Origin: Demequinaceae bacterium
Lineage (GTDB): Bacteria > Actinomycetota > Actinomycetes > Actinomycetales > Demequinaceae
Assembly (NCBI GenBank): GCA_965250005.1
Contig: OZ252279.1
Span: 690,001-722,000 of the forward strand
DNA: 32,000 nucleotides
Reading direction: 5' to 3'
A model generated the notes under the pieces. It worked only from the letters and a program-made list of their open reading frames with translations, did not search any database and was not told the DNA's origin. Numbering within the stretch: the stretch's first letter is position 1; every line of letters begins with the position of its first letter. Positions 1 to 9,240 of the stretch are shown one piece after another. The position numbers and the translations under genes were made by a program.

Positions 1-2448
1 TTCGGACGTGGCCGTCAACGTGCCGTTCTCGTACACGTCGATGCGGTACTCGCCTCGCTCGAGAACGCCCACAGGGTAGCGGCTCACGATGTTTCGGTCG
101 CACACCGTCCACAGGCTGCCGAACGTCGGGTTCTCCATGATTGCCCACGTGCCATCTGCTGAAGGCCGGTAGTACCAAACCAGACAAGCGTTCTGGTTGT
201 CCGGCACCACCCCGGCTAGATCCACGACTCCGACGGACGACTCCCACGGCTCGATCGAGTACGCGGGTTGGAGATCTACTTCAGCGAAACTACGGGCGCC
301 GCCAACGATGAGGCTTCGAAGGGGGTCGGTGAGGTCAAAATCTGGCAGGCGCTCGAGGTCATTCAACGCGTTCATGCGGACCCACACCCGCAGTGTTTCG
401 GAGTCGAACGCGGCCGCCTCGCAAAGCCCGCTACTCTCGACTCCATCGAGGCTCAGCAAAGCGTGCCCGTACCTGTCTGCGGCAAGGTCAGCGTCGCCGC
501 GCACCGCCGCTGCAAACGCCCAGTTGAAGCAAAAGTACGGGTTCGCCGGATCCGCGGCGAGCGCCTCCTCCGTCAGCTGTTCGCCTCGGGAAGCGAGCGG
601 TCGGTCGTCGTTGAGGATTGACAGCGCAATCATGAGCCACCCGAGATCGGACTTCGCGACCGGGTCCTCGCTGCGAAGTTCAAGAACCGCGCGCTCCAGC
701 GACCCAATCGAGGCCTCAATCTGACTCGGCGTCCAAGACGAGCTCCACGCGACGCTCGATTCCTCGCACAGCAGCGCATCGACCATGCGGACGTGGGCCG
801 GCGCGAAAAGCGGAAGGCTGCGAGTCGCCGCAAGGGATAGCGCCTCCTTCTCGTCACACCCCTCAGCCACATTGGCGGCGACGTACGCCAGCGAGCCATT
901 CACCAATTGATCCTGGGTGGGTGGGGCCGGGTATTGCGAAATGGCCCAGGTCGAAACCGCAATCCCGAACACCAGTCCGGTGGCAGCGGCGGCCATCAAC
1001 CAGCGTCGCCGTACCTGGTGCCCGCGCGGACTAGCAACGGCGAAAAGGAACCCGGCGAGACCGAAAATGACCACCGCAGTCTGAAGTTTCGCGCCAACGT
1101 CGCCCACGGCAAGCGCGGACTGGAGTGTCACCGAGGCCTGTGTCGAGCAAACGGAGCCCGCCGTTGCCGACAGGGCAACAAGCCGTGGCGCGAGATCCGG
1201 CATGCGCTCGCGATAGTCGGCGGCAACGCCCTCGAGGTACGAGTCGCCGCCTAGTCCCGCTCGCTTCCACGGAAGTAGCAGCTCGTCGCGGTTGATGCAG
1301 CCAAGATCACTACCGGCGGCGGATGGAGCCCCGGTTCCGAAGCGATCGAGTGCGACCTCCCATGACCTCTCAATCGCGGGCCAGGCGCTTCCCACGAGGG
1401 CTGCGCGCGCGGCAGAGTCCCCTGTGGTCTGCTCCGCAGCGTCCAGCCGGTCGAGCTCGAGCGCGCCGTCCAACGTCGCGAAGGCGACGTCAAGCCCGAG
1501 ACTTTGCGCGTTGATGGCCTCAGTACTCAGCGTGTCCGCCTCGGCCGTCAGAACGCGCTCCGCGCTCGCGGTGTAGGCAGAGCCGAGTACGGCAAACGTG
1601 AGCAGCAGGACCGTGATGGAGCCAAGGACTTCAGCCCACCAACGGATCGAGTGGCCCGCCCTGAGCCTGCGGATCTTCGCCCACAGTGAGGCGCGCTTGA
1701 CCGCCCACGCAAGCGCAACGAGCAATCCCGCAACCAGGACTAGGATTCCGAGCGCCTCCACCAGGCCACGGCCCGCGGCAACACCCGCGGCAACAATCAG
1801 ACCAAATCCCACACTGGCAAGCACAACCGCCGCCTGCACCCAGCGCCATGCGCGGCGCGGCGATCGAACGTTCTCCGCGAACGTGAGCCCCACCAGCGCC
1901 ATCGCCGCAATGGCGGCGGAAACCACAGCGAGGAGCTCTCCTCGGTCCATTCGAGTGGCTTGGTCGAGCAGTTGGACGTAACTGGGGACGCCCTTGCCGC
2001 CGGTGGCGAAGAACGTCTCGATCGCGATTGCCTCCGCGACTGTCGCCTCAGTCGCGCCCGCGCACGAGGAGGGCATGATGACGAAGTGCAACCGGATTGC
2101 ACTCAGCGCTTGGGCTACGTCTCTGACCGCGACCCGCGCAACCTCGTCACCGTAGAAGCGATTGTCTGCGATCGCGTCTGCGCGGCGAGCGAGGGCAACG
2201 TCGCAGGCGGCGGTGGTCTCGACGTCGTGCGCCAGTTGCGCGCGAATCGCGGCCTCGACGCGCGAATGGTCCGCCTGGGCGATGCGCGCCTGGTTGGTGG
2301 AGTCCGCAGACAGCTGCGAGTACTCGGTTGATTGCCAGAAGGCGACTGCACTGAGGCTCGCGCTCACCACCAGCAGGATGGCGATCGTCCATGGCAGGAC
2401 GGGGCGCTCGCGCTGCAGTTTGGGCGGCTTTGCTACCTTGGCTGCCAC
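1..2448 (-). CDS. Large multi-TM membrane protein, C-terminus beyond the left edge (hypothetical)
   Basis: Minus-strand frame manually read open from a GTG at 2448 to position 1 (VAAKVAKPPKLQRERPVLPWTIAILLVVSASLSAVAFW...). Several hydrophobic segments. The frame lacks a stop in the window, so it is absent from the ORF track; the listed ORFs there are antisense or off-frame. Confidence 0.75.
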   Translation of the reverse strand, partial: MAAKVAKPPKLQRERPVLPWTIAILLVVSASLSAVAFWQSTEYSQLSADSTNQARIAQADHSRVEAAIRAQLAHDVETTAACDVALARRADAIADNRFYGDEVARVAVRDVAQALSAIRLHFVIMPSSCAGATEATVAEAIAIETFFATGGKGVPSYVQLLDQATRMDRGELLAVVSAAIAAMALVGLTFAENVRSPRRAWRWVQAAVVLASVGFGLIVAAGVAAGRGLVEALGILVLVAGLLVALAWAVKRASLWAKIRRLRAGHSIRWWAEVLGSITVLLLTFAVLGSAYTASAERVLTAEADTLSTEAINAQSLGLDVAFATLDGALELDRLDAAEQTTGDSAARAALVGSAWPAIERSWEVALDRFGTGAPSAAGSDLGCINRDELLLPWKRAGLGGDSYLEGVAADYRERMPDLAPRLVALSATAGSVCSTQASVTLQSALAVGDVGAKLQTAVVIFGLAGFLFAVASPRGHQVRRRWLMAAAATGLVFGIAVSTWAISQYPAPPTQDQLVNGSLAYVAANVAEGCDEKEALSLAATRSLPLFAPAHVRMVDALLCEESSVAWSSSWTPSQIEASIGSLERAVLELRSEDPVAKSDLGWLMIALSILNDDRPLASRGEQLTEEALAADPANPYFCFNWAFAAAVRGDADLAADRYGHALLSLDGVESSGLCEAAAFDSETLRVWVRMNALNDLERLPDFDLTDPLRSLIVGGARSFAEVDLQPAYSIEPWESSVGVVDLAGVVPDNQNACLVWYYRPSADGTWAIMENPTFGSLWTVCDRNIVSRYPVGVLERGEYRIDVYENGTLTATSE

Positions 2449-2562
2449 ATCGCTCCCTCTGGACGCGACCCGCTCGCGTCCTTGCCTGTATCTTTTCGCA
2501 GCGCAGGTTGCTCGTCAAAGGCGCGGCTCTGCCCGCGCCGCCATCTGGTCGCCCGCGACCCG

Positions 2563-3630
2563 CTAGACCGCCTCGTCGGGCCGCCCGTCAAAGTAGTAGC
2601 GGTGCAGCCCTACTTGGTCAACGCGATTCGCGTCCCCGATGTAGTAGTCGTTCGTTACAACAAAGTCGTCGTGGCAGGGAGTGCCGAAGGGGCCGAGCCG
2701 GTCGTGCTGGATCCACGTGTCCGCGGAGATGTCGTGCACCAAGAGTCGCGCTTGCCACGTGGCAATGGGGCCAGCATTGAATTCGTACCCCTCGTAGATC
2801 GCGATCCCGGCGCTCGGGTCGACCCGCATGCAGTAGTACTCCATGGCGCCCAGGCTCGGGTTGATGCCGCTCGCGACCGCGGGCCCGCCGGAGTCCCTGA
2901 AGAAGACGCCGTTGAGCGGCGCCGCGTAGCCAAGTCCGTACCAGACCTGCCGCCCGCTTGAAAGCGTGGAGTCGTGGACGACAAACCAGCCCTCCTGGTT
3001 TGTGATGGGCGCGACGTTCGAGAATCCGGTGTTGCTCCAGGACTCCGACGCCGTGCCCGCGACCAGGCTGAACTCGACGACCTGCGCCTCCTCCCAGAAC
3101 AGCCGCTGAATCCACACGAGCCGCTCGTCGAGAGCCTTCTCGGAAATCGTGAGGGTGACGTCTGTGCGGAGCGAATACAGCTTCAGCCAGGTGCCGTCGG
3201 GCGCGACCAGGTAGATCGCCTGGTGGAGGTGCGGGGGCTCGACTGGGTCAAACCCGCCCACGTACGCGGGGTTGTCGTTCCGCCAAATTTCGACGTCCCA
3301 GCCGGAATCGACAAGGTCCCAAACCCAAATCTCGAATTGCAGTGCGGCAGGCTCGCCGGGCTGCGGGCTCGCAACGGCTGGCGGCCGATCCGCGGGGGGA
3401 ACGTCCGACCAGTTTTCAACCACGCCCGTCGTTTCGGCCGGACTTGGCCCGCCGGTGACGCTGACCGTTGGGGTCGCCGTCTCGCTCTCCGTCGGTTCGG
3501 GCGAAGAACTGGACCCCAAACTCGCGACGAGCGCGTAGATGAGGAGCAAAATTATCGCAATCACCAGGGCAATAATGGCCCAAAGGATGTTGCTGATACC
3601 CGTGTCGCTGTCCTGGCCGCGCAAACGCAT
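2563..3630 (-). CDS. Single-TM anchored hypothetical protein with Ser/Thr/Pro-rich linker and extracellular domain
   Basis: ORF track 2563..3753 (-). Start MRLRGQDSDTGISNILWAIIALVIAIILLLIYALVASLG preferred at 3630 because the longer 5' part overlaps the 3' end of rnpB. Confidence 0.7.
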   Translation of the reverse strand: MRLRGQDSDTGISNILWAIIALVIAIILLLIYALVASLGSSSSPEPTESETATPTVSVTGGPSPAETTGVVENWSDVPPADRPPAVASPQPGEPAALQFEIWVWDLVDSGWDVEIWRNDNPAYVGGFDPVEPPHLHQAIYLVAPDGTWLKLYSLRTDVTLTISEKALDERLVWIQRLFWEEAQVVEFSLVAGTASESWSNTGFSNVAPITNQEGWFVVHDSTLSSGRQVWYGLGYAAPLNGVFFRDSGGPAVASGINPSLGAMEYYCMRVDPSAGIAIYEGYEFNAGPIATWQARLLVHDISADTWIQHDRLGPFGTPCHDDFVVTNDYYIGDANRVDQVGLHRYYFDGRPDEAV

Positions 3631-3694
3631 GGTGACCTCCCAGTCCGCCCTGGGACCAGTCAACCAGGCCGGGACCGATCCTGCGAGCCGGAGC

Positions 3695-4063
3695 GTGAAT
3701 GAGTCGGCCGATACGCCGGGTTCTGTCCCACCGAAGTGGGGACGGCCATCCATCTACGACGTACATTGCTGCACGCCTCTAGCAACCTACCCAGATACTC
3801 GGGCGAGCAGCCCTCAAACGCATCCTGTCTGGTCTTGCTCCGAGCGGGGTTTACCTAGCCGCTCCAGTCACCTGGTGCGCTGGTGAGCTCTTACCTCACC
3901 GTTTCAGCCTTACCGCCCGCCTAAGCGGGAGGCGGTCTACTCTCTGTTGCACTTTCCCGCGGGTCACCCCGGGTGGTCGTTAGCCACCACTCTGCTCTAC
4001 GGAGCCCGGACGTTCCTCGGTGCCGGTTACCCGGCAACGCGACCGCCTGGCCAACTCATCCAC
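3695..4063 (-). ncRNA. rnpB: RNase P RNA (bacterial type A)
   Basis: Minus strand contains the conserved 5' block GAGGAACGTCCGGGCTCC, ...AGAGTAGACCGCC..., GGTAAGGCTGAAACGGTGAGGTAAGAGCTCACCAGCGC, and the 3' block ACAGAACCCGGCGTATCGGCCGACTCATTC. The ends pair (GTGGATGAGTTGGCC with GGCCGACTCATTCAC) as helix P1. Confidence 0.93.
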
Positions 4064-4086
4064 GCCCCCAGCATAGGCTGTGGCGC

Positions 4087-4863
4087 GTGCTCCTGCTCCT
4101 GCCGCCCTCCGAGGGCAAGACCCCTCCCGCAAGCGGCGCACCCCTCGATCTAGCCGCGCTGTCGCACCCGGAGCTCGAGGACGGACGACACCGCATCGCC
4201 GACGCCCTGGTCAAAGTGAGCGCGCAAGCGAATGCGATGAAGGTGCTCGAGCTGGGTGCTTCGCTGGCGGTCGAACTCGAGCGCAACCTGTCGCTCTCGA
4301 CCGCGCCAACGGCCCCAGCAGCGCAGGTCTACACCGGCGTGCTCTACGACGCGGCGGGGGCTCACGGCTGGACCGGAGCGACCCTTAACCGAGCGGCCGA
4401 GCGCATCCGCATAGTCTCCGCACTCTTTGGCGCAATATCCCCCGCCGATCACATCCCCGCTTACCGACTCTCGATGGGCACCACTCTTGGCCGGCTCGGG
4501 ACCATGGCCAGCTTCTGGCGCCCGCGCCTGGCCGCCCCGCTCGAGGCGCTCGCGAACGGCGGGCTCGTCGTGGACTGCCGCAGCTCCGACTATGTGCCCG
4601 CATGGCGCCCACCCGCCGGAATTCCGTGGGTGACGGTGAAGGTGTTGCGCGAGTTGGACGGCAAACGCGCCGTGGTGAGTCACATGGCCAAGCACACCCG
4701 CGGACTGCTTGCTTCGGAACTTGTGAGCCTCGCGACCCCGCCCGCGCTCGCGGCGGACATCGCTGACGTCGCACGCGACATGATCGGCGACTCACTGATT
4801 GACATCGCTGTCACTGCGGCGGCGAAGGGGCCGGCCGAGCTCACCCTCGTAGTCGCTGGCTAG
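4087..4863 (+). CDS. yaaA: YaaA family (UPF0246/DUF328) peroxide-stress-type protein
   Basis: GTG start gives VLLLLPPSEGKTPPASGAPLDLAALSHPEL..., with ...LYDAAGAHGW..., ...YRLSMGTTL..., ...VVDCRSSDYVPAW..., ...VVSHMAKHTRGLLA... typical of YaaA. Confidence 0.8.
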   Translation: MLLLLPPSEGKTPPASGAPLDLAALSHPELEDGRHRIADALVKVSAQANAMKVLELGASLAVELERNLSLSTAPTAPAAQVYTGVLYDAAGAHGWTGATLNRAAERIRIVSALFGAISPADHIPAYRLSMGTTLGRLGTMASFWRPRLAAPLEALANGGLVVDCRSSDYVPAWRPPAGIPWVTVKVLRELDGKRAVVSHMAKHTRGLLASELVSLATPPALAADIADVARDMIGDSLIDIAVTAAAKGPAELTLVVAG

Positions 4864-5471
4864 TCGTCGGCATCGTCGCGCTCGAGGACCAGCGTGATGT
4901 TCCGAGTTTTGAGCGCGACGTTCATCTGGTCCACCCACTCCGCCGGAACGCTCCCGTGGAGCGGGATGCGAGCCACGGTGCCCTCGGCGGCCAGCGTCAC
5001 CCGCGGATCCCCGGGGCTACCGTGCCTCGCGCGGCCCTCCTGCGTAACACTCACGGGCGAGCCGATGGCGAATTCCTGCGGGCGCTTGAGCCACTTTTCT
5101 TGGAAAAGCAACGGCCTCTCGATCGATCCCGTGGGCATCAGGATCAGCAGCGCACGCTTGTTGCGGACCACGTTGGCGATCTCGAGCACAAGCAGCGGCA
5201 GCCCCAGTGCGCCGAGCACCCAGACGACGATCCTGGTCCACGTCCACGTCCACGTCCACGTCCACGTCCACGGGATGAAGCCGTCCCAGCCGGTCCCGGG
5301 GGCACCGGCGAGCAATAACGCGCCGAGCGGCGGCATCAGCCGTCTCCACACGCGCACGATGACCGCGCCCCACGGTTCACGCCACAGCACCAACGGATCC
5401 ATCCAGGCGGTAGACACGGCGGGCCTCCTATTCGACCGAATGGCCGAGGCACAGCAGGTGTCGCTGCGCAA
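4860..5471 (-). CDS. Hypothetical small membrane protein with (WT)n tract
   Basis: ORF track 203 aa. Two hydrophobic segments flank WTWTWTWTWTWT. Stop overlaps yaaA stop region (convergent). Confidence 0.6.
   Translation of the reverse strand: MRSDTCCASAIRSNRRPAVSTAWMDPLVLWREPWGAVIVRVWRRLMPPLGALLLAGAPGTGWDGFIPWTWTWTWTWTWTRIVVWVLGALGLPLLVLEIANVVRNKRALLILMPTGSIERPLLFQEKWLKRPQEFAIGSPVSVTQEGRARHGSPGDPRVTLAAEGTVARIPLHGSVPAEWVDQMNVALKTRNITLVLERDDADD
5236..5271. repeat. Perfect hexanucleotide tandem repeat (GTCCAC)x6
   Basis: Direct reading: gtccacgtccacgtccacgtccacgtccacgtccac. Confidence 0.95.
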
Positions 5472-6210
5472 TTTCGCCCTCGGTGGTAATCCGTAGTTGC
5501 AGGATAGAGACTGAGGCGGGCTGAGGCCAGATACTGCCCCAGACCGACGGGTCCATCTTCATCGACATCGCCACAGCAGACTTGATGGCAACCGCGTGAC
5601 TTGCGAGCGCGTACGAGCGCGGAACGTCTTCACCCGCGCGGCAGGCGTTCGCGTGCTCGCGGGCGAGTTCCACCATGAGGCCGTCTAGCCGCTCGCCAAC
5701 GTCAGGAATGGACTCGCCGCCGGGAGCCGGGATCGCGCCCGCCTGCCACCTGTGGATGGCGTCGCCAAACTCGCGCGCGATGTGGTCGCCAGTGAGCCCG
5801 TCCCACTCGCCAAAGTCGATCTCCTTAAGTCTGTGGTCCGTCTCAACCTTGAGCCCGAGCCTGCGCCCCAGCGCCTCACCCGTGTCTTGCGCACGCGTCA
5901 TGGGAGACGCGATCACGCGGTCCACCTTGGGCACAAACATCCAGGCCTCGCGGCCGATGCGGTACACGGCATCCGCGGCCTTCGCCGCCTGCACTTTTCC
6001 CGCTGCATTGAGGTGAGGCCCGGGCTCTGACGAGCCCGAGAGCACGTGCGTCACGGTGTGGTCTGTGACGCCATGCCGGACGAACACCAGCGTGAGCGGG
6101 CTCACTAACTCAACTCCGGCCACCGTGAACAGCGACGAGCCTCGCGTGGCCTTGGTTTCGCGGGGAGTGTCATCGTTCATGCCCTCTTCTTCAACGTCGA
6201 TATCGCTCAT
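5428..6210 (-). CDS. Histidine phosphatase (phosphoglycerate mutase-like) family protein
   Basis: LVFVRHGVTDHTVTHVLSG..., SPMTRAQDTGEALGRRL, LKEIDFGEWDGLT, ASHAVAIK. Confidence 0.85.
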   Translation of the reverse strand: MSDIDVEEEGMNDDTPRETKATRGSSLFTVAGVELVSPLTLVFVRHGVTDHTVTHVLSGSSEPGPHLNAAGKVQAAKAADAVYRIGREAWMFVPKVDRVIASPMTRAQDTGEALGRRLGLKVETDHRLKEIDFGEWDGLTGDHIAREFGDAIHRWQAGAIPAPGGESIPDVGERLDGLMVELAREHANACRAGEDVPRSYALASHAVAIKSAVAMSMKMDPSVWGSIWPQPASVSILQLRITTEGEIAQRHLLCLGHSVE

Positions 6211-6224
6211 GCGTGGTGCGCGCT

Positions 6225-6710
6225 CTAGAACAGCGCGTTCCCGTTCCCTTCGTCTTCGACAACGTCGTCGGCGCCGTGACCACGCCTGATCGCGGGAAGG
6301 CGTGTGTCCATGGCCTCGTTCGCCAGCGCGTCGGCCTCGGAATTCTTGGCCCGCGGCTGCCACGAGAAGTCCACCTTGGCGCCAGACATGAGTTCACGCG
6401 CCTCAGCAGCAAGCGCTTTCATGTCCGGATGCTTGATTTTCCACACGCCATTCATTTGCTGCACGATCAAGTTCGAGTCCAGGCGCACATCGAGCGCGGC
6501 GGCGGGATCGATCGCGCGGGCGGCGCGCAGGCCCTCGATCATGCCCCGGTATTCCGCGACGTTGTTGGTTGCCACCCCCATGAAGCCCGCCCGCTCGGCG
6601 AGCACCATTCCCGTCTCCGGATCCGTGACCAACGCGCCGTAGCCCGCCGGGCCAGGGTTGCCGCGGGAGCCGCCGTCGGCCTGGACAATCAGTGTGCGCG
6701 CTGCGCTCAC
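6225..6710 (-). CDS. RNase H-like / reverse-transcriptase-like domain protein
   Basis: IVQADGGSRGNPGPAGYGALV..., NNVAEYRGMIEGLRAA, DSNLIVQQMNG. GTG start overlaps upstream stop (GTGA). Confidence 0.85.
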   Translation of the reverse strand: MSAARTLIVQADGGSRGNPGPAGYGALVTDPETGMVLAERAGFMGVATNNVAEYRGMIEGLRAARAIDPAAALDVRLDSNLIVQQMNGVWKIKHPDMKALAAEARELMSGAKVDFSWQPRAKNSEADALANEAMDTRLPAIRRGHGADDVVEDEGNGNALF

Positions 6711-7441
6711 GCGGCGTTCCTCACCAGGATGCGACCGCACTCTTCGCAACGGATTACTTCATCCGGGTCAGCATTCTCGATCGCCACCAGCTCGGCGGAA
6801 TTAACGTTCATGTGGCAGCCCTGGCAGGTTCCCGCCTGAAGCGGTGCGGCGCCCACTCCCCCGTGTCCCGCGCGCAACTTCTCATACATCGCAACCAAGT
6901 CCGCGTCGAGCCCGGTGACAACCCCCTCGCGCGCTGCTCCGATCATGGTGAGCTCGGCGTCGATCTCTGCGAACGCGGCTTCGCGCTCGCCGATGGCCTT
7001 GGCGATGTCGGCGTCGGTTTGGGCGAGGCCTGCCTCCGCCTTGGTCAGAGCCAACTCCGCGGCCTCGAGCCGCTCCATGGCCTCGAGCTCTATGTCCTCA
7101 AGGTCGGATTGTCGCTTGGCCAGCAACTCAAGCTCACTTTGCAGCGCGACGAGTTCCTTGGACAGCATGTCCCCGCTATTGAGCTTGACGGTGTCTCGCT
7201 CGGCGCGCTCGCGAACCGACCGGACGTCGTCCTCAGCCTTGTTCACTTCACGGCGGATGTCGCTCGCGCCGGTCGTGTGCGCCAGGATTTCCGCGTTCAG
7301 TTCGCGGGCGCGCGCGTCGAGACCTGCGAGCGTTTCCAGGATGGGGTGGTTGCCGCGTCGATGCTGCGCCTGCTGCGCCTGCGTATCGAGGTCCTGGGCG
7401 CGCAGCAGGGCCTGTTGATCGGCGGCGGGGGCGGTAGCCAC
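6707..7441 (-). CDS. Coiled-coil C4-type zinc ribbon protein
   Basis: Long charged coiled coil plus CQGCHMNV...VIRCEECGRILV C-terminal zinc ribbon. Confidence 0.85.
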   Translation of the reverse strand: MATAPAADQQALLRAQDLDTQAQQAQHRRGNHPILETLAGLDARARELNAEILAHTTGASDIRREVNKAEDDVRSVRERAERDTVKLNSGDMLSKELVALQSELELLAKRQSDLEDIELEAMERLEAAELALTKAEAGLAQTDADIAKAIGEREAAFAEIDAELTMIGAAREGVVTGLDADLVAMYEKLRAGHGGVGAAPLQAGTCQGCHMNVNSAELVAIENADPDEVIRCEECGRILVRNAA

Positions 7442-7473
7442 GGGGGGGTTCTCCTTGTTTCAGTTTGAAAGGC

Positions 7474-8304
7474 TTAGGTTACGCTTCCGGCGCCGAAGCG
7501 CGCCGTCCACGGGTCGGTCGTGATGGTGCTGACGTGGGTCTGCACTCCCGTGGCCTCGGCGACATGGGCGGCGGCAGCATCGAGCCACGCCCATTCGGAA
7601 GCAAAGTGACTGACGTCAACGAGTGCTGGCCGGCCATCCCCCATCTCCGCGACTTCGCGCGCCTCGGACGCCGGGTGGTGACGCAGATCCGCCGTGACGT
7701 ACGCGTCAACATTCGCGGCGCGGACCGCGTCAAAGAGCGAGTCGCCGGACCCGCCGAGGACGGCGACTGTCCGGATGGTGGCTTGGAGGTCTCCTGCGAC
7801 ACGGACTCCGTGCTCGGTGCGCGGAAGCGCGGCTGCCACGCGCTGCGCGAAGTCGCGAAGGGACAGCGGCTGATCGAGCGTCCCGACCCGCCCGAGCCCC
7901 AGAGCGGGGTCCGTGACGTCCGGAACGAGCGCAGAGGTCTCCTTCACTCCAAGCGCGGTAGCGAGGGCCTCAGCGACGCCGCCAGCTGCGGCATCGGCGT
8001 TCGTATGAGCGGTGTACAAAGCGCAGCCTGCGGTGATCAGCGCGTGCACCACCGACCCCTTGGCGGTATTGGCCGCAACCGAGGTTACGCCGCGCATCAT
8101 CAGCGGGTGGTGAGAGACGATCATCTGGGCGCCCGAGCCGATGGCCTCCTGCGCGACCGCCTGGGTGGGGTCGACGGCAAAGAGCACGCGCGTGACCTCG
8201 GCGGACGGGTCCCCTACCGACAGCCCGACTGCGTCCCACTCCTGCGCGAGACTGGGGGGGAAGAGCCCGTCCAGTACCTGTGCCACGTCCCGGATCGTTG
8301 TCAT
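7474..8304 (-). CDS. Nif3-like dinuclear metal center hexameric protein
   Basis: DGLFPPSLAQEWDAVGLSVGDPSAEVTRVLFAVDPT..., MIVSHHPLMMRGV, HTNADAA, ...YVTADLRHHPA..., VDVSHFASEW. Confidence 0.88.
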   Translation of the reverse strand: MTTIRDVAQVLDGLFPPSLAQEWDAVGLSVGDPSAEVTRVLFAVDPTQAVAQEAIGSGAQMIVSHHPLMMRGVTSVAANTAKGSVVHALITAGCALYTAHTNADAAAGGVAEALATALGVKETSALVPDVTDPALGLGRVGTLDQPLSLRDFAQRVAAALPRTEHGVRVAGDLQATIRTVAVLGGSGDSLFDAVRAANVDAYVTADLRHHPASEAREVAEMGDGRPALVDVSHFASEWAWLDAAAAHVAEATGVQTHVSTITTDPWTARFGAGSVT

Positions 8305-8313
8305 GACTCCACG

Positions 8314-9102
8314 CTACTTGCCCCGCGCGGAGCGTTCGACGAGGACGTCGATCTTCTCCTCGAGCGACGCGACTTTGTGATGGAGCTTCTTGAGTTCGCG
8401 CGCATTGTGCGCCACGGACGCAGCTTCCTTCTTCTCGCTGGTGGCGCTCGTCAGCCGGACGAACCACGCTGCGACGGAGGCTGTCGCGACGCCGAACACG
8501 GCGACCCCCACCAGCATCAAACCCGAGGCGACCACTCGCCCCTCCCCCGTGACCGGGGCGATATCGCCGTATCCAACCGTCGTGACCGTCACCAGCGACC
8601 ACCAGGCCGCATCGCCGAACGAGTGCACCTCGCTGCCGATGGCGCCGTTCTCCGCGTCAAACAGCGCAACGGCCCCAATCCACATGAGCAGCAGAACGGA
8701 GACTCCGACCGCCTGACCCGTCGCGAGCACCCCCTTGGACGTCACCATCTTGTTCCCCGACATGAAAATTGTCAGGATCTTGAGCGGGCGCAGCCGTGGG
8801 TCAAGCACGGGGAGGACATCGAACGGGTGGCGGTAGACAAAGCGCCACGAATGCTTGGAGATGACCACGCGGACCACGAGGTCGACCGCGAAGGCGACCC
8901 AAATTGCCGCACGGACAATCTCCAGCACGGTGGTGACCCAGTTGGGGAGGCTAGTGACCAACGCGTCCACGGACCACACCGCCAGGAACAGCAGGGCAAG
9001 AATCAGCATCGGTCCATCAAAACGCTTGGCATACGCGTGATAGCGCTCGCCGCGCACGAGTGCGCGAACCTGTTGCGCCGCCCGACTTTCGCGTACTGCC
9101 AC
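8314..9102 (-). CDS. Voltage-gated-type potassium channel family protein with C-terminal coiled coil
   Basis: Selectivity filter TVTTVGYGDIAP, S4-like RLRPLKILT, several TM helices, MNHKVASLEEKIDVL-type coiled tail. Confidence 0.85.
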   Translation of the reverse strand: MAVRESRAAQQVRALVRGERYHAYAKRFDGPMLILALLFLAVWSVDALVTSLPNWVTTVLEIVRAAIWVAFAVDLVVRVVISKHSWRFVYRHPFDVLPVLDPRLRPLKILTIFMSGNKMVTSKGVLATGQAVGVSVLLLMWIGAVALFDAENGAIGSEVHSFGDAAWWSLVTVTTVGYGDIAPVTGEGRVVASGLMLVGVAVFGVATASVAAWFVRLTSATSEKKEAASVAHNARELKKLHHKVASLEEKIDVLVERSARGK

Positions 9103-9114
9103 GAATCCTCCTAG

Positions 9115-9188
9115 TGGGCCCTACCGGACTCGAACCGATGACACCTGCGGTGTAAGCGCAGTGCTCTAACCAACTGAGCTAAGGGCCC
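9115..9188 (-). tRNA. tRNA-Val (anticodon TAC)
   Basis: Minus strand GGGCCCTTAGCTCAGTTGGTTAGAGCACTGCGCTTACACCGCAGGTGTCATCGGTTCGAGTCCGGTAGGGCCCA folds as a cloverleaf. Anticodon loop CTTACAC. 3' CCA not encoded. Confidence 0.93.
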
Positions 9189-9240
9189 GCGCCCATTGTT
9201 CCCTATCGGGGCGCTGGCGAAAACTGGGATAGCGAGAGAA

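Noticed and set aside
3631-3753. N-terminal extension of the 396-aa minus-strand ORF
   Set aside because: Overlaps the 3' end of rnpB and has no protein-like features. The MRLRGQ start at 3630 precedes the TM helix.
5236-5271. Possible short CRISPR-like or direct-repeat array
   Set aside because: It is a simple hexamer microsatellite without spacers.
7465-9114. 549-aa plus-strand ORF, and similar long Arg/His/Gly-rich ORFs such as 25434..26255, 17820..18974 and 21483..22049
   Set aside because: These are antisense shadows of well-supported genes (Nif3-like, K+ channel, amt, fabF, DUF3145). Their composition is typical of out-of-frame reading in high-GC DNA and shows no family motifs.
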